Positions 13,474 through 26,200 of a DNA stretch of 64,000 bases are shown piece after piece. Source of the DNA: Takakia lepidozioides (Eukaryota; Plantae; Bryophyta); contig CM060733.1 in NCBI GenBank assembly GCA_030704615.1, positions 1,302,001 to 1,366,000 of the forward strand. Direction: 5' to 3'. Within the stretch, counting starts at the first letter, position 1, and each line of letters starts with the position of its first letter. The notes beneath the pieces were generated by a model. The model was not told the origin of the DNA and made no database searches. It saw only the letters and a program-made list of their open reading frames with translations. The position numbers and the translations under genes were made by a program.

Positions 13474-14467
13474 CAGTGTTGGGCGGGTATTACTTTTTCT
13501 AATACCAGCCGGGTCCGGGTATTGAAAAGAAATTAATTTGCAATACCAGCCGGTTCCATAGTATTGAAAGATTCCCTTAATTTTAATATCCACCTGTTCT
13601 CAATAGTAGTATGATTTTCGATTAGCGGACGGGTATCAATAGGATGGGTATTCCAATCTAATACTAGGCGGTTATCAACCCGGGTATAAATAAATAAAAA
13701 TAAAAATAACCACTAAATCAATAATATGTATTGAATTTAGAATATTTCACAAAGAAATTAATTATTATGTTGCAAAATTCAGTCTTTGCATTACATAATA
13801 ACACCATTGCAGATTTTAGTATCCAAATTGAAGCAAGCTTAGTTAAAAGAAGACTGATTGCAACCACATAAGACACCCTACGTGCTAAAAAAAATAAAGA
13901 ATAGGGGCGGGCCCGCCCTACATGTGGTAAGAAATGAAGCATACTGGCGGGCCCTTGGGGCTCGACATGCCCTCCTTGATATGTGCACCCTCCTACCCTC
14001 ACCCGTGACATATTGTGCACCTAGCCAATTTCCTATTCATACCATGGTATAGTCCTTGTTTTTGCCCATAATATGGGTATGCACCCGGATATTGCCTTGG
14101 CAATACCAGCCGGTCCGGTTATCAACCATAGTATTGGAATTGCCAATACCAGCCGGGTCGGTTATTAACCATAGTATTAGAAAAGCCAATACTAGGGTGA
14201 TATGTGCACCCTCCTACCCTCACCCGTGACATATTGTGCACCCAGCCAATTTCCTATTCATACCATGGTATAGTCCTTGTTTTTGCCCATAATACGGGTA
14301 AGCACCCGGTTATTGCCTTGGCAATACCAGCCGGTCCGGTTATCAACCATAGTATTGGAATTGCCAATACCAGCCGGGTCATAGTATTATAAAAGCCAAT
14401 ACCAGCCGGGTCGGTTATTCAATACCCTGGTTGACCCAGCCAGTCCGTATATACCAGTCCAACACTG
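13474..14467. mobile_element. Non-autonomous hAT-type DNA transposon (994 bp)
   Basis: TIRs CAGTGTTGG / CCAACACTG. Perfect 8-bp TSD GTACATAC (13466-13473, 14468-14475). Many subterminal AATACCAGCCGG motifs. Internal ~220-bp tandem duplication (~13977-14400). Confidence 0.85.
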
Positions 14468-14569
14468 GTACATACCACCCTGGAAGTGGTTGTGACTTGG
14501 ATGGGAATGGTAAGAGTGATGCTCATCCCTCCTATACCAAAGTACTTTTCCAATTTGCTCGGCCCACAG

Positions 14570-14781
14570 CTTTAATCTATTTCTTCAATCCTTTGTGAAG
14601 GACGAACATGGACACGAAAGAACAAGATATAACCCATCTGTAGCTTTCTGTGGTAGCTATGCATGCCAGATGACTATGGAATGATTGACTAGAAAGTTTG
14701 CTTGATCTCAACCATGACCGTGGTTTGAACCTGGCACCCCTGTAATAATGGTTGATGCATCCAGCCACCAAAGCTACCCGC
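14570..14781 (-). mobile_element. Possible degenerate tRNA-derived SINE
   Basis: Minus strand begins GGGTAGCTTTGGTGG (A-box-like) ... GGTTCAAACC (B-box-like). Extent uncertain, no TSD found. Confidence 0.3.
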
Positions 14782-16319
14782 CACTTTCATGCAAACCTTC
14801 AGAATTTTAATGTTTTATGCTATAATACAGGCATAACTGCACGGCTTGGGTGTGGGGGTGACTGCGGGCCCCACCAAGGGTGTCCGGCAAGCCCCCCTAC
14901 CGTACCGGCAGGCTGGCACGCGCGCAGTTAACTCGCATCCTATGTCGACAGTCGACTGTTATTTTTTGTTTTTCTTACCTGCTTTATTGTTTTTTTCCTG
15001 AAATGTTATGTTTTGGATTTTGACCTCTATTTCTCTTATCTGATATATCTACATAAATTATAATTTTTTTGCTCTATAGGCATCACAATTATCGTCGCTC
15101 CCAGGTGTTTCCCCCCCTTTTTTTTTCTTAGCAATTATCCAGGAGTTGGAAAAGTTTAGGGTTTAGTAAATACAGCCTTCACTGCATACACCATTTCTTC
15201 AATCAAACAGAATACAATATTTATTCATTAGAGGGTTGAAAATACACGTGGATGAATGATAAGAGTGTTGATTGATAAGTAGTGTGGACAAATGCTTTAT
15301 CAAACCAACTGTATTAAGGCTGGGCATAAGATCTAACAACTATGGAGGTGTGCTAACAAAGAGGAGAGCCATATTTTCATAACACATATCAAATAAGGCT
15401 CTCATGCCATTTTCAAGTGTAAGGTTTCACAGAGCAAAGATTTCATAACATTAACCCTTAAGTGGCAAAACTCATTTTCACCTTAGGTGGAAAAACTTGA
15501 CCCTGGCCCACAAAAACTTTTTTATCTGGAGATTCTCTGTGTCCCTGTAAAACTGACCGTTGGAATTACTTCCCACCTACCCCACCTCCTACCACAAAAG
15601 TTTTATCAGAATCCAACCGCCAGATCTGCAGATTATAAGGTTTACAGTGGGGACAAAAACAAATCTCCACTAAGAAGTAGGTGCCAAAAAAAGCAGTTTT
15701 TTGCTTATATGTGGGCAGTTTGTTTTTTTGTCTTTTGAGAGTCTCAAGAATATTGTTTCATACCTGATAACACACATCCTCAGAAATTTTCAGTTTTTTC
15801 TGAAATGTCAGGTAGGCTCCTTTGTAGTGACAAATTGGGGGGTCAAATTATGCCATTTTCTCTGGGCAGGCCAAAATCTCTCTTCCAAATATTCTACAAA
15901 AACATTTAGCCGTTAAATTTCTAATCCCTTCGGTTGAAGTGTCAAGGGCATCCAAATGAGGTCCTAAAAACAATTTGAGATCAATCAGTAATTGCCATCG
16001 CATCTTTAGGTTCCCTGCCCAAGACTTCAAATGGCACACCTATGTTATAGCCTACAGGCCTAGGACATTTGGAGCCATAGCCCACAAAGGTAGAGGGTTT
16101 TGGAGCTCCTCTAGCTACCCGGCCCTGCTTTCTTGGGGGCCCACTCCACCCTCAACCCTAGGTTCAGACCACCCCTCATAAGTATGGCGTACCCGTCACC
16201 GGAAATGCATCCCGGGTTTTGCACATGAAGGTGATTTCACTGGAAATACATCCCGGACTTTTGACTTTACCGGAATGTTTTCAAACCACATAGCATATTC
16301 CAAACACTTTTGAAACTCA

Positions 16320-16570
16320 ATATGCAGTAGCCCCTGAATTTGTCTAAGTCCCATGTGTACTTGTGTGCTTCAAGCCCCTTGAATTTGTTCTAAGTCCTTT
16401 GTGTGCTTGAAGCTCCTTGAATTTGTTCCAAGTCCTTTGTATGCTTTCAAGCAACGTCCTTGAATTTGTTCTAAGTCATTTGTATGCTTTCAAGCCTGTG
16501 TGATACATCCTGAAATTTTCTAAGTGTTGCGAAGGGAAGTATACATCAATTCAAGAAGTTCTTGAATGCG
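16320..16570. repeat. ~40-bp degenerate tandem repeat (CTTGAATTTGTTCTAAGTCCTTTGTGTGCTT..AAGC), about 5-6 copies
   Basis: Directly visible repeats downstream of the piggyBac ORF. Confidence 0.75.
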
Positions 16571-17006
16571 TTCATGATACATACATATGAACACTAGTTC
16601 AGCCAGGTGCTGAACTTAGTGATACATGTTTTTTACAATCAGTCCTACACATCCCCCTACCATAACCCAGACTCGATTGGGGATTGAACCCACGCAAACC
16701 TGCCCATCGCAGTCGAGTCCCCCCACCCCTATCCCCACCACTACCATCCCACAGCCCCTCCCTCCCTCTCTCCCTCCCTCTAGCTATTGTTAGTGATCCT
16801 AATTAATGTTAGTGATTACTAGTTGCAGTAGAATATCAAATTCTCATGTCAAAAAGTCAGCCCCCAGCAACGCACGCACACACCCCACCACCCCGTCATC
16901 CCCTACAATACATACTATCCATAAACAAAAATTCAGCAATAGAGTGTCACCATTGTCAAGAGTTCCAAGCTGTAGTCACTATCAAAATTGAGACATCAAA
17001 TGCAAC

Positions 17007-19196
17007 CTAGCGATGTCTACGGTGAACTCGAACAAAACACTCGCCATGGCACATAAAGTGACTGTCACAACAGCCACAAAATGTGCAACACCTCTGGCTG
17101 CAAACAATGCATCTGCGGCGTAAATGAGAACGCTCAAGCATATGAAGAGCCGACGCATGTGAAGGTACCTCCACAGATGTAGATGTGTAGCCATGCTGCC
17201 ATCCCCTTGTCAGAGCCTCTGCAATCAACAATTCGAAGTGGGCATGAGTGAATGCCTTTCTGCCCAAAGAAGTCATGTGCCTGCGGTACAATAGCCACAT
17301 ATTCACCATGGATGTATCAAGGACGAAAAAAAAAAAAAAAAACGGTGCCACCACTTGTGGATGCGTGTTTGACAAGAGTATGATCCCCTCAATTGGTCAT
17401 GTACATCAACCCCACGCATGTTGGCTTGATATTCCACATGAATGGGAGATGATTGCACCTCCACCCGTGCACCAACAGCCCCATCCCACCGACAAACGGT
17501 TGCTGGTTCAGCAGCACTAGGGACAGGATTAGCACTAGTAGATAGCAAAAAAACCCCTTTCTGGTCCCACCACAACAAGGCACAAAATTTGCGAGACCTA
17601 TGCATCTTATGCCACACATCTCCATTATTCCCTCGAGTGTGCCCAAGCAAAGACACATGGACACCAATACGATCAGTCCTGCAGGTGCCAGTGGCATATG
17701 TTCCCAACTTCAACAACTCCCATAAAAGCATAGGAGATGTAAAGAAGTTATCAAACACCATTGTGTGACCCACATGGAAGAGCCCTTCCATCATCTTCAT
17801 CACCACGTCAAAACCCTGCCCGGCTGCCCCTTTCTTCTTACAATTCAGCCAAGCACTGCCATCTTCAGCTCCCAAATACATTGAAATGTTGTACACAAAC
17901 TTGGATTCAGCATCAGCCACGCACCATACCTTGATACCCCATTTAATAGGCTTTTTTTTCATGTATTGCTGGAAGGAATAGTACTTACCTGAGTAGGCAA
18001 TCATCATCTCATCAACAATAAGGTATTTTCCAGGGTTATACAAAGTACGACTGATGCGCCCCAAGTCCTCTACAAACCAGCGACACTTACCCAATCTATC
18101 ATACTCAGGGCTGGACTTGTCTTGACACAATGTGGCATTGTCAACCAAATGAAGACATCGCATGATGGACTCAAACCTATGTCTCTTCATCACCTTGCGG
18201 ATGTGTGAGCAAGAAAAAAATTGGGAAGGAGGACACCAATACGACCTCATACTTGGCTGTTTTTTCATACCCATGTACAAGAATATGCCAATGAATGCCT
18301 TCAACTCAGAAACAACCAATGGAATCCAGCTTGCCCACCCCCCTCGTTCTACCAATAATTGGGTCAAGTACATAACCTGCATATCTGTTGGTCTGACAGC
18401 ATATACGGACCAGGTTGACTTGTGGAAAGAAAAGGTCGAACCAAGAGAGCAAGTGTCCCCTAAAAGAGCTAGGAAAAGTTGGGCCAGCAGAAGGACCAAC
18501 AAATTTACCTAGGGTTCCAACCAAGTGGTCACTACTTGATTGCCAATTGTTGTCTTTGAAGAGATCCCTAAATTCTAGAGTATCCAAATTCAGTCCGTCA
18601 TTATAGATACCCAACTCACCCAACAGATCCTGAGGACTTTCCCCAGCCCAATTCCAATTGTCTTCATCATCCGTGTCCCCCTCATAAGCTGTAGGTTCAT
18701 CACCATAGTCCTCATCATCAGAAAATTCAGGGATATCAATGACATCCATCAAGTACTGTGAGCACATATCCCCTCTACCATTGAGGATCAATTTTCCCCT
18801 TTTGTCACTTGTGCCATCCCCAAACAAAGTACTAATGGGCAGCCTAAGCAAATCACATTGCCCAATGTGAAGTGCCCTCAAACCAAGTAATGGACCAAAG
18901 TCAATCTCCACCATTTTCTCTTGTGAAGGCACCTCAATCCAGGTCTGAACAATCTCACCATAACACCAATCTGATGTGGGATCCACCCATTCGTGAGACT
19001 CACCACAAACCACATGTTGTTTGACTCTAACAGGTACAGCAGGCCTGATCGAACGTGTTTCAGATCTACCAGAAGATGTGATGGCCAGATCTACTCTCTT
19101 TCGCAAATAAGAGTACACCCCAAGGTCAAACAAATTGCAAGAATCCTCCACATCAACACTTTTTCCCTTTTTCTGGACTAGAATTGGAATGAACAC
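17007..19196 (-). pseudogene. piggyBac transposase (DDE_Tnp_1_7/PGBD-like), frameshifted
   Basis: Three overlapping ORFs join into one protein: FDLFFP..QTNRYA, ELKAFIG..YW, IVDEMM, KPIKWGIKVW, FDNFFTS, GTCRTDR, WWDQK, YQANMRGVDVHDQ (DDD triad) and a C-terminal Cys-rich domain RRRCIVC..CGCC..CHGECF..H. Frameshifts near 18340 and in the A-run at 17326-17342. Confidence 0.9.
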
Positions 19197-20795
19197 CTCT
19201 CCCTCTCAACTGCAAACTGGTCCTAAGAGGGGATGTCAAGGCACTAGTACCTTCAAAGTCAAGAGGCTGATTGTCACTCAAACTAGCAAGCTCAGAAGAT
19301 ATAAGACCACTTGGGGGCTGTTTCAAGGTCAAGTTCTGGCCATGGAACATTGCTGATTCCATCAACAGTGGGGAGAACTGGCAGTGAGAGGTCGATGGTG
19401 GGTGCACTAGGGGCTGAAGCATTGCTGGTTGCCTCAGGTCCTGACTCCACATCATTTGCATTTGGTGGGGATTGCTTAACTGTGAGCAGAATTCTGCTCA
19501 CGCTTCAGGATCTTGTCGCCTATAACCGCGGGCGCCTATTCGACTTATAATACCTATTATTGCGCAGACTGGTCAGAATTACAAGCTCGGGTATGGATGC
19601 TACTTGGATGAATGAAGGATGAATGGAGGATGAATGTTGGTATTACGAATGACACATGGATGAATGAAATAAATATAGTGCAGTGTATTCTAAAGTATGT
19701 TGGCAACAATGAATCCACATTGCTTAATTGATTGAGGACGGGTATGGATGGTTGATAGTGAGGCTCTTACCCAATTGGAAAGAAGGCAGAGAAGTGAACT
19801 GGTGCTTCATCAATAAACGTTCCAAAACATGTGATTCATTCCGACAAAGAAGATCCACTGCTACAGGAGCTACTGTTCAAAACGAAGGCAGAATTGTCTA
19901 TAAAGACGCTAGCCATGCTCTTCAGAAACCTATGTCTGTTGTGAAGCACAGAAGGGGGAGATGCTTGTAGACTATATTCCGTAGCCGCAGCCTCTGCATA
20001 AGGTGACAAATAAAAATTTGTTGGAGGACTTGGGAAAAAATCCGGGTTGGCAAAGAAAGGTAGAAACCGTGGTGTCCTGGGACTCCTGCAATCATACACC
20101 AATGAACAAACTTCGCAAATACTCCCGCATGCCAAACGAGTGCATCAAAGATGAATATGAAAACGATGCGTCTTAGGGTCAATGATCATCCTGGGGTCAA
20201 CGAGTAATGGACCAAAGTCAGCCTCCACCATTTTGTGAAGGCACCTGAATCAAGGTCTGAAGAATCTCACCATAACACCAATCTGATGTGGGATCTACCC
20301 ATTCGTGAGACTCACCACAAACCACATGTTGTTTGACTCTAACAGGTACAGCAGGCCTCATCAGACGTGTTTCAGATCTACCAGTAGATGTGCTGGCCAG
20401 ATCTACTCTCTTTGGCATATGAGATACCCCAAGGTCAAACAAATTGCAAGAAGGACCACAATCCGGTTGCGAATCCTCCACATCAACACATTTTCCCTTG
20501 TCAGGACTAGAATTGGAATGAACACCTCTTCCTCTCAACTGCAAACTGGTGCTAAGAGGGGATGTCAAGGCACCAATACCTTCAAATTGAAGAGGCTGAT
20601 TGTCACTCAAACCAGCAGGCTCAGAATGTATCAGGCCAGTTGGGGGTTGTTTCAAGGTGAAGTTCTGGCCATGGGACATTGCTAATTCCATCAATAGTGG
20701 GGAGAAGTGGCAGTGAGAAGTCGATGGTGGGTGCACTAGGGGCTGAAGCATTGCTAGTTGCCTCAGGTCCTGACTCCACATCATTTGCATTTGGT
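18886..20795. repeat. ~580-bp direct duplication of the piggyBac 5' coding region (18886-19466 and 20203-20795) separated by a 736-bp unrelated spacer
   Basis: Both copies run from AGTAATGGACCAAAGTCA to CATTTGCATTTGGT and translate to near-identical peptides (..RPAVPVRVKQHVVCGESHEWVDPTSDWCYGE..). Confidence 0.85.
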
Positions 20796-21780
20796 CCAAG
20801 GGAAGCTGTGACAAGCGTTGTAAGCGCCTCTGTTTGGCCGCTTGCCTGGCCATCCTCTTTGGGTTCCACTGTCCAGACATAGTGTGGGTGATCCGGATAA
20901 ACAATAGTGCACAAGAGGCGGTTTACCAAATCACTGAACCCTATGCTAGACCCCTCAACTCTGCGAGCTCTCCAACCAAGTCTCCTAGCAACTTGACGCC
21001 TGAAATGGTACCTAAGCTCACTTGGTGTGGGACTGAAACTCAAAGGACTTACACTAGGTGGAGGCACTAGAAGAAAAACGTGGAATAACCACTAGCCCTT
21101 TAACCACTACTGTCTTTTCCCACTTTATAAACCACTAGTAACCACTTGCCAGTGGTTAATCCCGATGAAATGCCACGGTGGCATCATAGACAGTGGTTGG
21201 AAGTGGTTTCAACCACTCAGTAGTCCACGTGTAATAATTTGTTTTTATATTACATTTTATTTGGTAATATATTTTAATTAATAAATATGAGTGTACATTG
21301 TGAGTGGTTATAGACACCTCAGTGATGGGAAGTGGTTGAAACCACTTGCTACTCCACGTGTAATAATTCAAATTTTATTTACGATTTATGATTTGGAAAT
21401 ATATTTTAATTAATTAATATAATATTCCACGTGGACGGGGACAGTGCACGTTGATCTTGGCTAAAGACACCTCATTGATTTGTACCACTTTGACAGTGGT
21501 AGAGAGTGGGTGGTGAAAGACACTCTTGTAATTGGAACCACTATTCAAGTGGTTGCTCATGAGTGGTTGCCTACACAACAGTGATTGGTACCACTTTTGT
21601 GGTGATACATGAAAAACTTTAAGTGGTTTGTGCACCTGTGACAGACTTTGAAAAACAGACAAGTGTCTAGATCATTGTAAGATGATGCTATTGAACAAAT
21701 GGTTCCAACAACAAACTTTATTCTGAATCTGAAACATATTCGTCACCCTCTGAATCACTTTCCTCAACTGGAATACGATT

Positions 21781-22545
21781 GATTGTACAAATGCCGCTTA
21801 AATGCAGGTAGCCAACATAGCCAAGTCTTCAGTCTCTCATGTTAGTTCTAGAATGTTATGTGGTTAAAGACACCTCAGTGATTAGTACCACTTGGACAAT
21901 GGTACATAGTGAGTGGTTAAAGACACCGAAGTGATTGGTATCACTGGGGCGGTGGTAGATTGTGAGTGATTAAAGACACCTCACTGACTGGTACCACTCT
22001 TATGGTGATACATGAAAATGTTTAGCTGGAATAGCGATTGATTGTACAAATGTCGCTTAAATGCAGGTAGCCAACATAGCCAGTTCTTCAGTCTCTCATG
22101 TTAGTTCTAGAATGTTATGTGGATAAAGACACCTCAGTGATTAGTACCACTTGGATAGTGGTACATAGTGAGTGGTTAAAGACACCGAAGTAATTGGTAT
22201 CACTGGGACGGTGGTAGATTGTGAGTGATTAAAGACACCTCACTGACTGATACCACTCTTATGGTGATACATGAAAATGTTTAACTGGAATAGCGATTGA
22301 TTGTACAAATGCCGCTTAAATGCAGGTAGCCAACATAGCCAGGTCTTCAGTCTCTCATGTTAGTTCTAGAATGTTATGTGGTTAAAGACACCTCAGTGAT
22401 TAGTACCACTTGGATAGTGGTACATAGTGAGTGGTTAAAGACACCGTAGTGATTGTTATCACTGGGATGGTGGTAGATTGTGAGTGGTTAAAGACACCTC
22501 ACTGACTGGTACCACTCTTTGTGGTGATACATGAAAATGTTTAAG
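21781..22545. repeat. 259-bp tandem repeat, ~3 copies, within an AGTGGT/ACCACT-rich region (21080-22640)
   Basis: GATTGTACAAATG-CGCTTAAATGCAGGTAGCCAACATAGCC starts at 21781, 22040 and 22299. Confidence 0.85.
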
Positions 22546-23265
22546 TGGTTTGTGCACTTGTGGCAGACTTTTAAAAACATACAAGTGTCCAAATCATTGT
22601 AGGATGATGCTATTGAACAGATGGTTCCAAACAATCAACTTTATTCTGAATCTGAATCACAATATTCATTCTCTGAAGCACTTTCCTCAACTGGAACAAT
22701 ATTTGGTCGTACAAAACTAGCTTGAAATATGGTAGCCAACATAGCCAACTCTTCTTCACTTAGAGCCATGGCACCATCTAATGACCTAGGTATGGGCTGA
22801 TCTGATAAGGTAGAGGGTGTCCGTAGACCATCAAAATTTGCATTTTCTCCAATGTCCAAACTTCAACGATGAATTTTAGAATGAAAATAAATTAAGCCAG
22901 TTCCAAAAATACAAAATTTCCAAATAATTGAACTCACTACAAGGCTTGAAAATAGTTGTTTACATTTCATTCAAATTTTTATATGTCACATCTAGTAGAT
23001 AAGCCTGATAGTTGCTCCTAGATGTTTTCCTTTATTTTTTATTTTAAAAATAGATAATCTAATATTTTTTGAAAAAATCTATAGACTTTTTGCAAGAGCC
23101 CAAAAATGAGGTGTAGGTGGGGTAGCATTGTAAGCCCTGAAGCTATCCCCCCAAAAACTACGTCAAACAGGTTTCATATGACCCGGATATGGCCAAACAA
23201 GCGTTATATAATTTAAATTTGGTCATATTAATTAGTTCATTTTGGCCTGCCTTTATCGATTTCTA

Positions 23266-26200
23266 CTACCACTTCATAAAAAAAATTAATATTGTACTCA
23301 TTACAATAAAGTGAAATTCACATACCGTACCACGACGGGTTCGATCTTCTGTGGTTTTCACATTGAACTTCCACTCCAAGTAAAATTGCACAAAACAAAA
23401 TGCATAATAGCCACACTCCCAACAGCTCCGTTGCTGGGGGACACTGGCCTCAAACCATTCCATCCTCTCCATGACGTAACTGAAGTCATCAGATCCAGGC
23501 ATGAAATCAAAGAACGCTATGGCAAAATTTCGCAAAATTCCTTCAATGAGTTTGGGTCGGGCAATGGTTTTATGGGAGTCCAAATGTACTATCCGACCTC
23601 GGCGCTCTAAAACAGCAACACTCCAGTGATCACTGCAACACAAACAAAGCCGTTACGTCAGAATAGAAAAAAACATCTCCAATGAAACCCATTGTGGTGT
23701 AACCCGGCTGTGGTGTAACCCAGTAGTATAACCCTTTGTACTGTAACTCTAAACGGTGTTACACAACTAGTCAGCAGTCACTAGTGCAACTCAGTCTAGA
23801 ATAGAGGAGTGTAATCCAACATGCTCAGTCAACGCTGAAATTACTTACTCGAAGACAATAGGGATGACAACCACATCCACAAGATCTCGATTCTTTGTGA
23901 ACACCATCCCTCGGGCATCCTGAGTGTACCATTCTTGCACCAACCCGAATAGCGTCTGCAGATCGTTACCATTGGTACGCATGACATGCCATTGAAAAGG
24001 AGCACAGATGACAAACTCAGGTGCGATAGCCTTAAACAATTTGGCCTCCAGAAGTTTGTTGTAACCCGAGAGCAATGCATCTGTGACAGTTGCTCTTATT
24101 TTATACATCGGCTCAAAATTTGTCTCTTCCAAGTAAAACTGTAACGGACTAGAAGCCAGGAAGGCATCGCCATAATAAAACTTCACTTTCGGGCGCCCCA
24201 GGAGGGTCCGACACCATTCTGAACTTTGTCAAGTACCGTTGTTCTAGTCTGCACAACAAACCGCACATTACGAACATTACGATGCATCATACAAGAGTTA
24301 TAATCAATATTCAAAATCAGAGAGGATCAAAGTACAATGAGGTACCTCGAACGCTCCCGCAAGTGCTTGGCAAGGACCTTTTGCTGCTGGACAACGTCAA
24401 CCTCCGAGACCCCTGCACTTTTGCCTTTCGGTTTGGTTCGCTGTTTTTTGGGTGCGACAAGAACAGATACTTCTTTGTCAGCGCTAGGGGGTTCAGCCAA
24501 CCGCTTTCTTTGAGCAGGCGGCCGTTTTGACCTCCTGGGATTCTCTACAACCCTGACAATGCCGCCGGTAGGGGGAATTTCTGAGCCAGAGGTGCCTTGT
24601 TCTGAGTTTGCTGCAAGTGCTGAAGACTGCACTCCCTCGTCTGAGACGTGCTGGGGAGGTGATTGACCAAGGGCAGAAGTGTCACAGCTCACCTCCTCGG
24701 TGCTACCCCTGTCAGTGTCACCCTTCTGTTCAAACCCCTTGTCACGCTTCTTAGTGTCACCCTTCTCTTCGGCTACCTCCTCAGTGTCACGATTCTCAGT
24801 GTCACCCTTCTCTTCGGCTTCCTTCTCAATGTCACCCTTCTCTTCGGCTACCTCCTCAGTGTCACTCTTCTTAGTGTCACCCTTCTCTTCAGCTACCTCC
24901 TCAGAGTCACGCATCTCAGTGTCGCCCTTCTCTCCGGCTACCTTCTCAGTGTCACCCTTCTCTTTGGACGCATTATCAGTGTCACTCTTCGCAGTGTCAC
25001 CCTTCTCATCGGGTTCCTTCCCAGTGTCACTCTGCTGAGTAACAATCTTATGTGTGTCACCCTTGGCAGTGTCACTCTTCTCAGTGTCTAGATGCTCCGC
25101 AACATCCTTCTCTTCGTGACTCTCCACAGTGAAACACTTCTCAGTGTGACCCTGCTTTGTGTCACCCTTCCAACTGACAACCTCCTCGGTGACACCCTTC
25201 CCCGTGTCACCCATGTCGATGTCACTCTTCTTTGCATCAACCTCCTCAATGCCATCCTTGATTGTGTCGCCCTTCTCCGCACCCTCCAAGACCATGTTGA
25301 CAAGCGGAAGACCGTCATCCGTCGCGACTAGTGGCCGTGGCAAAGGAGTGTCACCTTCCACGACTAGTGGTAGTGGAATGTCATCCATGACAGTGTTACA
25401 CTCACTGACATCTACCATGTGGGTTGGCTGTGGGGTGTCACCCCTATCAGTGTAACCCATGTCAATGTCACTCTCAGCGGAAGTTGCAGTGTTCACGGGC
25501 AATGGTGTGTCACCCACGACAATGTCCCTCACGACATTGTCAGCCACACCGGTATCCGTAGTGTCACCCTGAGGTGCAGTGTAACCCTCCTTCCCTGTTG
25601 TTCCTCTCTACACAGTGTCACCCTGAGGTGCAGTGTAACCCTCCTTCCCTGTTGCTCCTCTCTGCACAGTGTCACCCTCAGGTGCAGTGTAACCCTCGGT
25701 TTCAGGGCATCCTCCCCTTGCAGTGTCACCCTGCGCATCAATGGGACCCACGAAGGCTGGGTCATTCTGAGAGAGGTTGACCACATGATCCTAACAAATA
25801 CTTACATTGCTGCATCGAGGGTTCAACCCAGCATCTCCAGATTCAAAGTCATACACAGACTCTGGGTCAAGCGGGTCCCCGATTCTTCGATTAAGACCTT
25901 CAAAAGAAATGACCGGGGCTGCGGACAAAGAGGTTCGCACTTGGGTGTTCCACCTTGATGTATCATCTTCAGTATCAGTATCAGAAATCATGGGCAAATC
26001 CCGCGTCAAGTCTGCTAGGTTCACCCCTAAGTGCAGCTGGGTTGAGTACAATTCACCAACCTACGACAAAGATACAACGGCAGATTGACTTGGAATGATG
26101 TCCTCGTCATGTACATCGTCGCTCTGCGGGGCGGAAATTGGCCCATCGCTCGTCTGCGCGCCCCCTACGCCCCCTGTATCGCATTGTGGAGGGGCCCCAT

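Larger units (their letters stand above)
15451..23289 (-). mobile_element. Decayed piggyBac-superfamily transposon (right boundary uncertain)
   Basis: Left end TTAA|CCCTT at 15451, typical of piggyBac. Contains a piggyBac transposase pseudogene. No matching AAGGG|TTAA right end found; boundary set tentatively at the TTAA (23286-23289) next to the truncated Ulp1 gene. Confidence 0.55.

Noticed and set aside
14840-14940. GC-rich block as the left terminus matching 42400-42460 of the outer element
   Set aside because: Only a short CGGTACGG match; no convincing TIR or TSD.
24663-25958. Plus-strand ORFs rich in SVTLL/VSPFS
   Set aside because: Antisense shadows of the KGDT-repeat coding region.
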